64,000 nt of DNA from Mobula hypostoma (taxonomy: Eukaryota), in contig NC_086108.1 of the NCBI RefSeq assembly GCF_963921235.1, forward strand, positions 41,728,001-41,792,000. The letters run 5' to 3'. Both the position numbers and the translations under genes were made by a program. The notes beneath the pieces are model-generated. The model saw nothing but the letters and a program-made list of their open reading frames with translations, did no database searches and was not told where the DNA came from. This document shows positions 39,986 to 54,779 of the stretch, in pieces. The stretch's first letter is position 1. Each line of letters starts with the position of its first letter.

Positions 39986-40629
39986 ATTTAATTGTAGCTG
40001 CCTAAAGTGCTCTGCTCAGTCTTCTGATCCACAATATCTCTCTTCATCTTCAGGGTACATTTTAACTTTCCCAAACTGTTGGTTGGAGATTATTTTATTT
40101 CCCTGCAAAGATAATGTGTTTCCCTATCAATTAATGATCAGATAATGGTCCTGTGATCTTGGCAGAGGTTTCATATCAGCAAGGATGAGTTATTAAGACC
40201 TGCAAATACACTGAAGTTACAGAGCATGTGGTATTTCACCTACATGTTATTACGAGTGGTCTCAATATTTATTAACAGATTGCATACAATTCACACATAC
40301 CTAATGTTATATACTGCTGACTCCTCATCTTGGCTTGTGTAGATATGCATCACTGTTCACACAAATAAAGGTGCATAGAAAAGAATTGTGCGGAATCCAC
40401 CACACATCAAAAATATGAGTGATTTCATGGCCAAAAATGTAATGGTAGCTGAGATTGACATAGCAGTCACTATAGTTGTGAGCATAAAGAGGTATCACAG
40501 GGAGGATGAGGGAAGACATCATCACAAATAGGTTATGCACTGAAAACAGAATCTAGTGCTGTGCCGTGATGGAGCAGATTAGCTTCTAAGGAAAAGATAG
40601 AATAAAAAGGATTAATATTAAAGAGAAAT

Positions 40630-40915
40630 AAAGTTCAAAGTTCAAAGTAAATTTATTATCCAAGTACACATATGTTACCATATATAACCCTCGGATTCTT
40701 TTCTTGTGGGCATACTCAATAATCTATAAACTAATGACCATAACAGAGTCAATGAAAGATCACACCAAATTGGGCATTCAACCAGTGTGCAAAAGACAAC
40801 AAGCTGTACAAATAGCAAAAGAAAGAAATAAGCACTAATAAATAAATAAGCAATAAATATTGAGAACATGGGATATAGATTCCTTCAAAGTGAGTCCATT
40901 GGTTAGTTTGTAGAA
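40630..40915 (-). mobile_element. LINE 3' UTR fragment (same family as 13525)
   Basis: (AAGTTCA)n tail and TAAATTTATTATC; homologous to 13525-13780. Confidence 0.7.
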
Positions 40916-40989
40916 CAGAACATTTCTTCTTCATTTTCTACATTATTATGATCACATCGATCAGCCATTTGAACTTGAGAATACTCTGG

Positions 40990-41148
40990 TGTGACCTGTG
41001 GACCAGTGCTGCTGGGACACAAGCCAGGGCCTGATCAATCCTGGCTGGGTCCTAGGTGTGAGTGTCCGATGTTGAAAGACTCAAAACACCCAGTAACCCC
41101 AGGTTACATCACCGATGATGTGTTCCAGCACGCCTTTGGATGCATCTC
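40990..41148 (+). mobile_element. Possible 3' end of an RLE non-LTR element (Hero/R2-like)
   Basis: DLWTSAAGTQARA* followed by a 3' UTR with ACCCCAGGTTACATCACCGATGATGTGT, recalled from fish RLE elements. Confidence 0.4.
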
Positions 41149-41666
41149 AGCAACATGGTAGCTCTCGGTTAATTTGTAAACTGTTTACCCCCAGGGTAAC
41201 TAGGTCTAAGACAACTTCCAACAAAATATAAAGAATTACTGTAAACCAAATGAAAAATAAAAAATACGTAAAATATAAAATAAGTTATACAAAGTAAATG
41301 CTGTTCAAACTGGAGGTAGCTCGGAGAAGATGGCTATGAAAGAGAATAATAGCCCATAGGAAAAAAGTAATAACAAAGGAAATGAGCAGAAAAGTTTTGT
41401 TTCTCCAGGGTAGGGTTGTGGATGGTCAACACTGATGTGACAATATTTTGGTTTGCAAAAATGGGATGCAATAACTCAATTGGAATTCTACATGGTGTGG
41501 TGGGGTGAGAAGGAGGCAGACAGAATACAGGTGTAGATTCACTACTAGGAGACAAAAAACAGACGCATACAGTAATCAATGAACAAACTTCAGGCAATAG
41601 ACAACCATCTTCTTTCTGATGCATGAGTTTGACGTGTCTGTGTGAAAACTAGAGAACAACAATTTG

Positions 41667-43445
41667 CAGTGCCTTGTAAAAGGATTCATCCCCCAACCCT
41701 TTGTTCACATAAACCTGAATCACAACCAGGGACTTTGATCAAGTTAACCGAGAATTTTTATTTGTGAATCACCTGTTCCAATTTTCACAGTAGAGCCAAA
41801 AAACAGGGAAATTGTAAAGCTCGATAAACTAAAAATTCAAAAACTGAAGTGTCTGCCGTTCAAAAGTATTCATCCTCCTTTGCCTTGCACTTAGTTGAAC
41901 TAATTCTCTCAGTGGTCTTTTTGAATATGTTTCTATTAGCTTTGCACAATGTGGTGGAGCAAGATTTATCCATTCCTTCTTGCAAAATTGCTCAAGCTCT
42001 GCCAGATTATTTGAGGAGTGGTGGTGAGATTTTGCCAGAGATCTTCAATTGGGTTAAGGTCAGGACTCCGACTGGGCCACTCAATGACATCATTTTTTTT
42101 TTATTTTCAGCCACTCCATGGTTGAACTGGCAGTGTGCTTTGGGTCATTGTCCTACTGAAAGACTAACTTCCTCCCCAGTTTATGCTTAATGGCAGCAGC
42201 TAGCAGGTTTTTATTCAGGACCTTTCTGTACTTAGCAGCATTCATCTTCCCATCATTCCCGAGCAGATTTCCAGACGCCGCTGCTGAAAAGCATCCCCAA
42301 AGCAAGATGCTACCTCCACTGTACCTTACAGTAGGGATGGTGTTACCCAATGGATGCGCAGTACTAGATTTACACCACACATACCTGTTAGTGTTGACGC
42401 CAAAAGTTCCACTTTAGTCTCATCCCACCACAAGACCTTCTTCCACAACTTCACAGTATCTTCTAAGTGACACTTTGCAAAGTCTCTACGGGCAAGGATA
42501 TGCTTTTTTTTTAAGCCAGGGCTTCTTTTTTTTTTCTCCACTTTTCCATAAATACCCCTTTTATGCAAAGCCTTAGAGATTATGGAGCCATGAAATTCAT
42601 CTCCAGTTGCAGCCGTTGACTTTTGCAGCTCACTCAGAGTGACTGTTGGCATCACGGTAACCTCTCCATTTTTCTCCAGCAACTAAGCTTAGAGGGGAGG
42701 CCTGACATAGACAGTGTGGCTGCAATTCCATGTCTTTTCCACTTTTTCAGCACCGCACTGAGCTCTGATATTTGTTCAGTGCCTTTGAGATGATTTTGTA
42801 CCCTTCCCCAGATTCGTGCTTCTCTATTATCATTTCCCTGACTTGCTTTGAATACTCTTTTGTCTTCATTTGGTTTGGTCTTTATAAATCTACCATCCTG
42901 TTGGACCTTACTGAGAGAGGGGTATTTAATCTTGTGAGTTCATTGAAAACAGGTGATCCTCCAGTCTTCCATATCATCAAATGTGGTGAGTTGGTAAGGT
43001 AATATATTGCTATTGAGAATTGAATTTAATTGAATTGACTTTATTTCTTACATCCTTCACATACACGAGGACTAAAAATATTTACATTACGTCTCCATCT
43101 AAATGTGCAATGTGCAATCATAACAATTTATAATAAATAGAACAGTCAATGTAATATAGAGTACACTCAAATCAGCATGAGTTCATCAGTCTGATGGCCT
43201 GGTGGAAGAAACTAGTGTGGGAAGTTAGTGTAGTAAATTACAAAGGGAATGAAAACTTCACAATTTTGCTTTATAACTTTTAGTAAATTGTTGACAAGTT
43301 TTGGATTTTTTCTTCTGATTTGACATGATGCACAATGTTTTGTAGATTAGCTCAAAAATCCTACTTCAATATATTTTAAGTTTTGAAAACAAGACAGTAA
43401 AATGTGAAGATAGTTGTGGGGGCTGAATACTTTTTTAAGGCACTG
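41667..43445 (-). mobile_element. Tc1/mariner DNA transposon (second family, degraded) with a nested LINE tail at about 43018-43212
   Basis: TIRs CAGTGCCTTGTAAAAGGATTCATCCCCCA and TGGGGGCTGAATACTTTTTTAAGGCACTG+TA. Transposase pieces WKKVLWWDETKVEL and GGSILLWGCFSAA. Confidence 0.9.
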
Positions 43446-46400
43446 TATATCCATTCTTAGGAAGTTAAATTCCAACTAATATGCCCAAAATCAAATTCAC
43501 TCCATGTGATATCAATCAAGAAACATCTGAGAGCACTGGATACAGCAAAGACCACAGGAACAGATAATATTCGGCTTTAGAACTAAATACCTGTCCTCTA
43601 GAACTAGCTGTGCCTCCAGCTAAGCCATTTCTGGACATTTACATCACTACCTAATGTGGAAAATTGCCCATGTCTTTCCTGAACAAAAAAAGTCAGGATA
43701 CATTCAATCCAATCTATTAACTCCCAATCATCAGCAAAATGTCTGAAGACGTCATCAAATGTGCTATTAAGTGACACATACTCAGCAATAAGTAGCTCAC
43801 CAGTGCCCAGTCTGGATGTCACAAACATGGACCGAAGAGCTGAACTGAGAGTGACAGCCTCTGATCAAGGAGCACTGGTAAACCGTAGTCACTGCCCATC
43901 AAAGGAAAAACACTTCCGTGACTAGGATCAAGCATTTCACAAAGGATGATGATTGTAATTGTCAATGGTCAATCATCTCAAGCCCAGGACAGCACTGGAG
44001 GTGTTCCTCGGGGCAGCATCCTATGCCCCCAACCAACTTCATCAAAGGCCTTCTAGCCATAAGGTTAGAAGTGATGCTGTCTGCTGATAGTTTGCACTAT
44101 GTTCAAATCTATTTGCAACACCTCAGTATGTGAAGCTGGTCTATGCTTGCTCTGCAGCCAGACTAAGGCAACATTTGGGCATGGGGTGACAGGCAAGCAG
44201 TAACATTAACAACAGAAAAGTCCTAAGCAATAACAATTTCAAACAAGCAAGTGTTTAACCAACATACAATCACTAGGAGAAACTCAGCAGCACAGGCAGT
44301 ATCAGTGGTGAGAAAGGGGTTGTCACCATTTCAGGTCGAATCTCTGCATCATGACTGAGGATGGAAAGGGACAGCAGCCAGTATCTTCTCCCTCCATCCT
44401 CAGTGCTGATGCAGGTTTTGACTAAAATATTGACAATTCCTATCCCCCTCCCCCTGCCTACCATTGGGTTCCTCCAACAGATTGTTTGAGATGGCAGATT
44501 CCAGCATCTGCAGTCTCTAGTCTAAGAGTCTAACCATCCAGTTTGGATATTCAAAAGCATCACTATTACTGAGTCCTCACCTTCTCACTCCCAACCATAG
44601 GTCACTAGTGTCCAGCAAATGAAATGGAAACAGTCACTTAAAAAAATCAAGATTCCCAGGGAAGTTCTGAGGCTGGATGTGAATGACATATGTCAAAGAC
44701 TTTTCACCATCTACAAGATATAAATCAGGAGGCGCCCCATCAACCACCCTAAACATTCATTCCCTCTGCCACCAGGATTCTGCGGGACATTTCAAAGATC
44801 ATCACACTTGTGGCATTATAACATGTGAGCCATCTGGAAAATGTGTCGCAGCCATTTGCCTTGGCTACTTTATCAGGACTTCCCAAACCCATGGCCTCTG
44901 GCATGAGGAGGAAAAGGGCAGGAAGCTCATAGAAACAAGAACATTAACAGTTTATCCTCCAAATAACACACTTTCCTGACTTAGAAGTATATTCCCGTTC
45001 TGTCACCTTCAGGATCTGAATTGAGGCATTCCCAATCCAATAGCATTTTGGGAGTACAATCCCCAAAATGAACTCAGCAGTTCAAGAAGGCCACTTAACA
45101 ACTACCTTCTCAAGGGCAATAAACAAAGAGCAATAAAAACTGACCTTGCCAATATTGTTTAGGTTCTGAAAAATGAACAAATAAAAAATACGCTTCTCTC
45201 TACCCTCTCCATCCTTAAACCTGCTGGACTCTGTAACATTAGTCATGCCACATTTGTCAAATTATACTTGCTAAACAAAAGTGAAATGATTCATTATAAA
45301 TCTAACAGAGCAAGCACCCTGATAAATAATAGGTAATTATCAGCTGTTCATTCTACACTGCATTTATGTAACAATGGGGCCTTGATGTACACTGGATGTA
45401 TTTTAAGCTTGCAAACTATGAGAGCAAACTGGCACTCTTAGCTAGTATCTAGAGACAGCCAATAAAGTTAAAGATGCAGCCTCTAATGATAGATGACGTG
45501 GTTGTGCTTTGTGACAGTTTGTCTGCTAGGAGGAGTGGCAGCTGGATTCAATACAGACTGAACCTTCCCATTCCATTTTAGATCTGAAAATTCTAGGGAA
45601 ACAGCAATAATTATCATTGTAGAGTAAAAAAAACATAAAAATTACATTTCACCTCAGCTGTTTTACCCCTTCTCAAATGAAATTCCTTATTTCATCTCTA
45701 CTAAGAAGTTTCAGCATTATTAACAGATAAATGAGTTCTTTAAGTTTTATTATTATTGAAATAATGTGGAATGGAATCACATCATAAGCATTAACGGGGC
45801 AGCGAGGAATTTCTGTTCCAGAATTCCACAACTTTAACAATGTTTTCAAAATCAAAAAGAACATGATTACTGTAATAAATGAACTAATATGTTAATGAAA
45901 TATTAGTAAAAGTTAGTATTGAAATTGCTCTATTTCAGGCATCAACAATAGTTCTGAATGAAAAGAATTACTTCAGGTTCAAATTGAGAGTCAGGGTATT
46001 TGCACGATGGACAGATAAGGGAAAGCAAAATTCTTTGACTATTTTAAAAATAGCCATGCATCGTTCACTGCCAAATTCCCCCCTTCTCAATGTCTGCAAC
46101 CAATTCTTATGGCAAAGGATGCTAACTCTCTTCCCCGGAGAGCTGTAGAGGCCAACTGATCAGGCGTATTTAATGTGAAGATACATAAAATTCTGTAAAA
46201 CTGGGGTATCAAGGGATATGGGAATCTGGCACGGAGGAACTAGATCAGTCATGATCATACAGAACGGTGGGCAGGCTGGATGGGACAGCTGGCCTGCTCC
46301 TGTTTGCTTCTTTCTGCGAAATTGGCCAGAACTTGGGGTCAAATGAGATTGGTGTAGATGGGCCAAGGGATCAATATGGACCACTGCTATGCTGTAGAAT

Positions 46401-49400
46401 TCTATCTATCAGAAATAATTATTTGTGTTTGGGTGTAGGGAAGTAGGCAGAGAGTGGGAACACCGTAGGATGATGAATAATAAGACACCATTCATCTACA
46501 TAAGTCCATTCAAGAGAGTATGCCTGATCTGTAACTTCTGTTCCACCTACCAAGCTTTACTCCGTATTTACATGAGGAGGAATTGGCCAGTCATCCATTT
46601 TGTCCAAATATGGCAATTCTTGTGTCTTTCACTCCCATCTCTCTCTCCCATCTATTGTGCTTTCTCTGTCCAACTTTCAGCATTCTTCAACCTACCCCCA
46701 AAAGCATGCCTGCTTTTCTGGAATGGTCATTGTTTTATAATGAAGTTTCCCTGCCCCTCTTTTTGTGCAGTTGCCTTTCTGCTACTACCAGGCACTCAGT
46801 GAAACACCTGAGTGGATCGTACAGCATACAGTATGCAAGGCAGTTGGGGACAACACAACAACAAGGGCAGGCAAGCACTAAACCAAAGACATGGGGCTTA
46901 ACCAGGAATTTGGAGTTCAAGTCCCAGCCACAAAGAAGGAAGTGATGACAGTAACACAAGCAGGTGTGAGACTGACCAGGATAGAGTAGGAGAGTGGGGA
47001 AGACATTTACTTTCAATGACTTTCCAACTCATGTTCCCAGTATTTTTTTTTTTATTTACACAAATTGTCCTCTTTTACACATTGTCTGTCAGTTTTTGCT
47101 TATGCATAGTTTTCATATATTCCATTGTAAATGCCTGCAAGAAAATGAATCTCAAGGTAGCATATGGTGGCATATACATATTTTGATGATAAATTTTCTT
47201 TGACTTAAGTAACTGTTCTGAAATACTAACTCTTATTTCTATCTCTACAGATGCTGTCTGGCTTGCTGAGTATTTCTAACATTTTCTGTTTAATTTTAAA
47301 CAACTTGGAATTAGATTGCACAAAGTGTTCAGAAGCAGAATGGCGCAACTCTCTAACAATGTTCTCCCTTCCCACAACGGCCATTTCAGATAACTTCAGA
47401 GTTAATGTTATTAAGCAGCAAGTATTTAGTGTTTGGAATGTACTGGGAGGTTGGAAGTCGAGGCAGATTTGGTTATGTTGAACAAAAGGCGCTGGATAAC
47501 TACATGAAAGGAAAAGGACTGTAGGACTTCTCTTCTACAGACCTGGTAAAAACTCATGGCCAAGTGGCTTCCTTCAACATTTGCACCATCCCATGACAAT
47601 TAAAATATGGCTTTGTGAAAACAATACAAATTCCTTAGCAAAATAAATATGGTTACAACAGCATGTATATTCTTAAACATGGGGAATCAAAATGTACCAA
47701 TCAATGCAGGAGCAAAAGTCATCAGTCAGGGTGAAATGAGGAGGGAGGAAATGTTAAAAATCAGAATAAGTGTCTGTTAAGTTCCACATTGCTATAGCAT
47801 GAGAGACATATAGTATTCCTTTTTTTTGTATTTTAATGTGAAATGCAAGCAGATTGCTGGTTATTAATTTGAATTATGCTCCCTCCACAGACTAGAATAA
47901 GTTTAGTATATTCTCACTTGATGACCGTCGAGCCTTGTATAAAAGACAAATTGATCACCCAAGCTAATGGTTCAGCAAGACCATCTCCAGCAAACTTGAG
48001 TTACTGTACATTGTGCTGATCTGATCCGCACCATCACCTTTAGAGGCTGAACGAGTTTTAAACTCACTTTGTATGACAGATGGGTCTATTGCTGAAAAAT
48101 TAAGATAATTCAAAGCGCATAAGAGTTGAATTTGGTTTCAGATTCACAGAAGTCTCTGCAGACACTAAAAAGAAATCACATGGCTGATAATCTCAGTATT
48201 AATATCCAGCTACTTCTCAGTAAAGATGACTGTTCAAATATGCCTCCAGAAATGGCAGAACCAATTTTGAGTTACTTTGTTAAGATATTTCCTGCAGGTC
48301 AATTTTTTTTTAAGGCATGGGCACAAGATAATTAGCCTTAGTGACTTTCATCTTAACAACAATGAATAAAAAAGCTCATCTTTTCTCTAAACTAGCTATG
48401 GTATGTTTGTTTGTCATCTATCCAATCCTACCGACATGTTTAGTAATATTCTTTATGTGCTCATCAGAATGAAAGATGTCAATATATAGAAATAAATATT
48501 GTTCCACTTAACATGTGGAGGTGGATGTCTGCCAGGAGGTGTGGCAATGGGTGATCCCGGCATTAGAAGAGAAAGCTTTGCTGTACCACGTTGATATTGC
48601 TCTGTTCTAATTTGTCAGCTGTGGCTGTCTCAGAAACAAGACTGGTGAATCAGGCACCACAGCTGAAGGGATTTTCTGTTGTCAGTCGTGTGCTGAAAGC
48701 TTGTTTGACATTACCATTGCTAAGTTTGGTGTTCTGCTTTTTGTTTGTAGCAGCCAGTAAAACAAGCAAAATATCTGAATCCTATTTCTGTAGGTCGTAC
48801 TACAATATAGACCTGCATTGATATATAGTTTGCTTTTAACATGCATAGTTTAATTAAGTTCAGAGAAGACTGAAGACATCCTTGCCTGTTATAAAAAATG
48901 TTTTAAGTATTAATGTACAGACAAACCTTTATGCATTTCCCTTCAAGCTGTTTCACGGGATTTCCAAGGCAAAATTAACATACTTTTCTGCAACCTAGCA
49001 CACAGAGATGGCACTTTAATGATGACTTTAAAATGCATGTGTTTAAACTAGCTTACCTATTGGATACAGCTTTCTTGCATTTAAATCACCTATCGTACTC
49101 AAAAATCTTCAATTAATGTTGCAGTCAAGCCGCGTTGTTGAAACTGAACAAACTATGTAGGGTGAGTGTGTACTGGGGGCCTACATTAGTGGAAAATTAA
49201 TCAGCATCCTGATTGTGAAAACCATAAATTGAATGCCAAAAGAATATTGTGCACAGAGCTTGTCTGGTCTGAAACTGGATATGAAGTGAATCAAACAGCA
49301 ATGCCTTCAACAGAAATCTTGCTGATGAAGTGGGTTCCTGAAGGCTTTGGTGTCACAGTATTTTGGCAAGTGTTTATTGCATTTGTTTTAATCAACAGAG

Positions 49401-51369
49401 AAACTTCATGTGACTTTAGGTATAGAGATAAAATGCAGTACAAAGCAGATTCTAATTCCAACTTCAAGCTCCAAATAGATTCTTTTTTAATAGACAGAAC
49501 ATTCTTCAGCATCCAATTCCTGACATTCTTTGTCAAATTAAGTGTTGTTATTTGTTTAATCTTTATGTTATCTTAAAGTTAACCGCTCATGATCTCTAAG
49601 AGACCTTTTTCAGGATTGGTAGTTGGTTAGAAGCAACCCACTCCATTAATGAAATAGGTTGTGTTTGTCAGTATTGTTATATATATTCAACAGGACAGGC
49701 GGTAGCCATCAATATTTGTACTCCAATTAAATCACTAGTAAAGATCTCTATGGTCACAATTCTAATATTGCTGGAATAACAAAACAAGTGAAAACAGAGA
49801 GAAATTTCCTCATCAGCAGCTGAGAATGAGAAAGTAGTCTGCCAAAAAGATTTTAACATTGAGCTATAAAATCACAGAACTATTCTTACCTGGCCACATC
49901 TTTCTGGAAAAGAAATCTGTTTCTTTTTTCACAGACTAAGAATGTGTTGTAAATGCAGGCATTCCCCTGCCTGGGAGCTCAAAAGGGAGAAAGAGGGTGA
50001 TGGCTGCAGTGGCATATTATGATAGTGACGCTTCTCTCAGTGTGCCTGCAATTTTGACATTACTATGCTGTTATTAATATTATTAAAAATCATTTTCTGC
50101 AATTTCAACTCTTGGGGCACAGGTTCTAATAATTTAGTTCAAGTTGTTACTGCAACTCCACCAGTATTTCCAGAAGATTCTTCTCACAGATCAAAATCAG
50201 TAAGACTAAACTTCTAAAACAAACGGCTGTTTGCATTTTTTCTTCCCACTGACAAAAAATCTGGTTTTGTCCTTTTGCAAAATAAGCAAAAGATCAGGTC
50301 ATCACTTAAGGATTTGATATTAATTCTGTGTTATATACAAGTGAGACTGCATACAGATTAATGTATTCAATAATACATACATAAATGTATGTGAAGGAAC
50401 AAAGAGCAATGGAATAAGAGCTAAAAGGAAGAACTCTTCTAATTGAAAGATAAAATGAATATTCTCAAAATGTTATGCAATTTTTACAAAAAATAAACTG
50501 GTAATTTTGGAAAATTATTTCAAGCTGAAATAAAACATTAAGAAAATGCTAGCAGCTGAATGATGGTTTAGAAATGTCAACTCTCTGCTGTGCTGTTAAT
50601 AACTAATGGAATAAACTGCCACCTAGTGCTAAAAACACATCCTCTGCCTTGAGAGAACTAAGTCAATGCGAGTTACAAAAGGTAAAAGATTAACTTCAGG
50701 GCAGAAGTTTTGCAGAATTGACCCCTGCATCCCAAGGAACTGATAAAGGGCTTGCCAAATCATAGTATGCCAGCCACACTTCAGTAAGCATGCAAAACAT
50801 ATTTGATGTTAGCATAATTTTCCTGTTGTCCATGCTAATACACAGCACTTTCTGCAATTTGGATTCTTGGATAATTGACTCTTCCTTTTGGAATGCAGAG
50901 CAAACTTGATGGGCCGGATGGCCTAATTCTGATCCAATGTCTTAATACTTTGACCTCACAGGGAATCTCATAATCTAGACAAGTTTGTGATTAAGAGTTA
51001 GATAAAGGTAACCAGCAAAACAGTACTCTCTACTTTTTTGCAAGCTATACTCCTGTTAGGGCTATTCCATCAAACAGCTTCATAACCATTTCTTCTTCCA
51101 ATGTCCAGGTAGGTTAATTTGATTTTTCAAGCTTTCTTTAAATTTTTTGAGAGTATATTGCATCTTTGGTTTAAAGTGAGTATATCTTGCCATGTAATTC
51201 TTCTGAAAATCTTGAAATCATTTAGTAATCATCTGAAAAATGACTCAATGATGCCACTACATTTGAGTGCTGGGATTTGTGCGACTTGAGTGATGGAAAA
51301 ACACAAATGCGTTAGTTATTTCACAAACACAGACTTAGCATTGTTACATTAGCCACTTTAGAGTACTGC

Positions 51370-53300
51370 AAAGTGTAGTGGTTGACAGATGTTCTTGTGA
51401 CTGGAAGGCAGTGGGGTTCCACAGGGTTCCGCACTCTGCCATTTGATATCAATTACTTACTCCTAAATGTAGGGAGCATGATTAAAAACAAAAGTTTGTG
51501 AATGAGGAGAAAAGCTTTAGACTATGAGTAGATATAGAGAGCCCAGCTAGTTAGGCAGAAAAGAGGCCTGAGAGGCCTGGGAAATTTAATCCAGAGGTCC
51601 TACATGAGTACTTTCCCTTTGGTGTTCACAAGGGAAACAGACTTTCTAGTTGGAGAATTTAGTAATGGGGTAGTTGAGAGTGTAAAGTAAGTCTCCACAA
51701 ATAAAGAAGAGGTATTTTTTAACCTTAGTGACATTAAAAGTCGGTGAATACCCAGGGCCACATGGGATTTATCCCAGGCTGCTCAGAAAGCCAGGAATGG
51801 GATTGCTGGGGTACTGGCTGAGATTTTCAAATCTTCAATGGACACAAGTGAGGTACAAGACAATTGGAACACAGCAAACAAGGTTCGCTTTTCATGAAAG
51901 GCAGTAGTGGAAAGTCTGACAACTTTAAACCTGTGAGCCTAACATCTGTGGCAGAGAAGTCACTGAAAAAAAAACCTGAGAGGATTAATCATTATTTAGA
52001 AAGGCAGTGACAAACATGGCTTTGTCAAGGGCAGAACCTGGCTGACCAATTTGATGAAATTCTATAAAGAGGTAATTAAAAAGTGCATCAATGAAAGTAG
52101 AGTAAAAGATGTGACTGACATGGACTTCAATAAAGCCTTTGGCAAGGTCCCACGTGGAGTCCAGGACAAGTTGGCAAAGGAGATCTAAAGTTGGCTTTGG
52201 ACAGGAGACAGAGGATGATGATAGAGGGTTGTTTTTTGCAGTTGGATGCCAGTGACTAGTGGTGTCCCACAGGAATTTGAGCTGTGACTCTAGCTTTAAT
52301 AATATACACGAATGACCTGGATGTGGACAACAATTTTGCTGATGACACAAAGAAGGATGGAGTGACTGAGAGTGTGGAACATAGTCTAAGAGTTCAGAGA
52401 GGTATTGAAATGCTGATAAACTGGGCTGGAGGTTAACCAGGATATTGCCTGGGATGGAAGAAGTTAGATCTGAAGCTGAAGAGGTTAAGAGGGGACACGA
52501 TTGAGATATGTTAAAAAAGTGTATAGAGAGGGCAGACTGCAGAAAATATTTCTCTACATCAGAGGTAGATAAAATTAGATGTCAGAGTAAGGGGGAAAAG
52601 ATTTAGAGAGAATAGGAGGGACAGTCTTCTTCTGCCAGAAAGTGTTAAGTACCTAGAACGAACTGTGTGAGAGAGCGTTGAAGCTGGGTCACTGACAAAA
52701 TTTAAAGAGTGTCAAGGTGAGATGAGCATTTGAATCAGCCAAGTAAAGATGACAATGGACTAACGGCTTGGATTAATATGGAAGAGTGCCCGATCTACAT
52801 GGCTGAATGGTTTGTTTCCAGCATGCGCGATCCTGTAACTCCATATAGTGACAGTCTCTTAAGCAGTGTGGACTAACAGAAGGCTCTTTGACTACATATA
52901 TCCTCAGATTATTAAATGTGGCAAGGCAGGTCAATAAAGTAGTTAAAAAGGCAAAGAGAATGTTTCCCTTTATAAGTATTTGCATAGTGTGTAAGAGCAG
53001 AGAGGTTATGCTAGAACTATACACTGCACTAGTCAGGCCACAATTTGAATACCACGTATACTTCTGGTCTCCACATTACAGGATAGATGTGGTAGCACTG
53101 AAGAGAGTGCAGAGGTGATTTTCAATCACATTGCCAGGACTGGAAAACTGTGACAATGAGAAAAGATTGGAGAGACTGGTGGTGTGTTCTTTGGAATAGA
53201 GGAGGCTATGGAGAGAGTTCGTTGAGGTGTATAAAGTTATGAGAGGTCCAAATGGTGTAAATGGGAAGAAACTGCTTCCCTTTACAGTGATAGCAAGGTA
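51370..53300 (+). mobile_element. Cluster of degraded CR1 fragments
   Basis: CATGGACTTCAATAAAGCCTTTGGCAAGGTCCC and REVMLELYTALVRPQFEYHVYFWSPHYR. Confidence 0.7.
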
Positions 53301-54779
53301 AACTGATGGCAGGTGAAGAACATATGTCCTACCCAGGGGAATCCAGCATTGATTAACGAAATGCTTTGACAGTTCATGAAGACACAAGGGATTGCAGATG
53401 CTGGATCTGGAACAAAACAGGACACTGACAGCGCTCAAGCAGGGTAAAAAGTCTAAGGATAAAAAGTCTAAGACTACATTTTAGCTCGAAACCCTTCACA
53501 GATGTTGAACTGCTTGGATCGTATATGGATGTTATTTGAAGAGACAAGATCTCCAAGTCTATAGACCTCGTGGTGATGGAATTAGACTTTGTCAGTGTCT
53601 CCTTGACTGGTGCAGGCACTGAACACCCTCCTTCTGTGTTTCCTACGATGTCTATGATTCTACTACCATCACCACTGTACACAAGGGACTAGAATTCATC
53701 CCTGCTCAGCAATACAGAACATGCTACTTAGTTCCAAAAGGGCACTGTACCCTGTCTCTGAAGTATCTGAACTTTGGTGGCATATTCATTTGAACTGATG
53801 ATCAGAGGATACCTGGGAGCACTTCCTGTCACTCCTGACCAGGAGCTATTGGGGAAAAGTTAAAGAGATGGAAAATATTAACGATCTGAGTGCCTTGAAG
53901 AGAGTGTTTGGAGAAATATGGAGTCAGTGAATAGTATGATTTTCTTGTGTTGATTCATCAGTTTTGTGACGTGTGAGTGGCAAAAACATGCAAGAGCTAC
54001 ACTGCAGGCAGAAACTAAAGACGAGAAGGAAGCAACCAAGATATTACCCACCATAATCGTAACATGAAGCAACAGCAAACAATTACAGAAAATGCCATGA
54101 ACGTCTTTGTTGCAAGACTGTAAAGGTAGAGGAGGCTTACCACAGCTACAAGCAGCTTTGACAAGACCTCACCTGGAATACTACCTCAGAGAGAGTGTAA
54201 TGCCAGTTCAATTAATTAGACTTAATCCTGGATTCAATATAACATTTGGAACGGGGAGCATTAGCTGAGGTGCATTAAATTGTGGGGGAGTAAAGAGGAT
54301 GGATCTATTTCCCTTCATATTTATAGATTAAAAAACTGATGGCAGGTGAACAAACAGTTTTCTATCCAGACGACAGGCTTATTCTAATATTCCTCACTTA
54401 GCAATAAGGTTATTTTGAATGTTAACCTTCCTAGCAATTTTTGATGGATTATCTTTGCAAGTTAGTGCATTCAAGGACAAAACCAAATAAACTGAGCAAG
54501 CTTCACATTTAAAGTGGCCAATTAGAATGATATAGAAGCCACACAATGGTGCAAGAAAAAGGTGGATGGAGTCATTGCAGACTTTGTTAAAGGACACATT
54601 TCAAGTAATAATCTATCATCAATCACATATCATTAGGAGCTGTAGGTTTCCAAGGTAGAAAGGTAGCTAGTTGGAGTGGTAAGACATGGTTATCTGCAAC
54701 TATGTCACGGCAGAGATTTGTGCTGTAATTGATCTCTGCAGGAGGACAATGACTTTCTGACTCCACAAGCTATTGTAAG

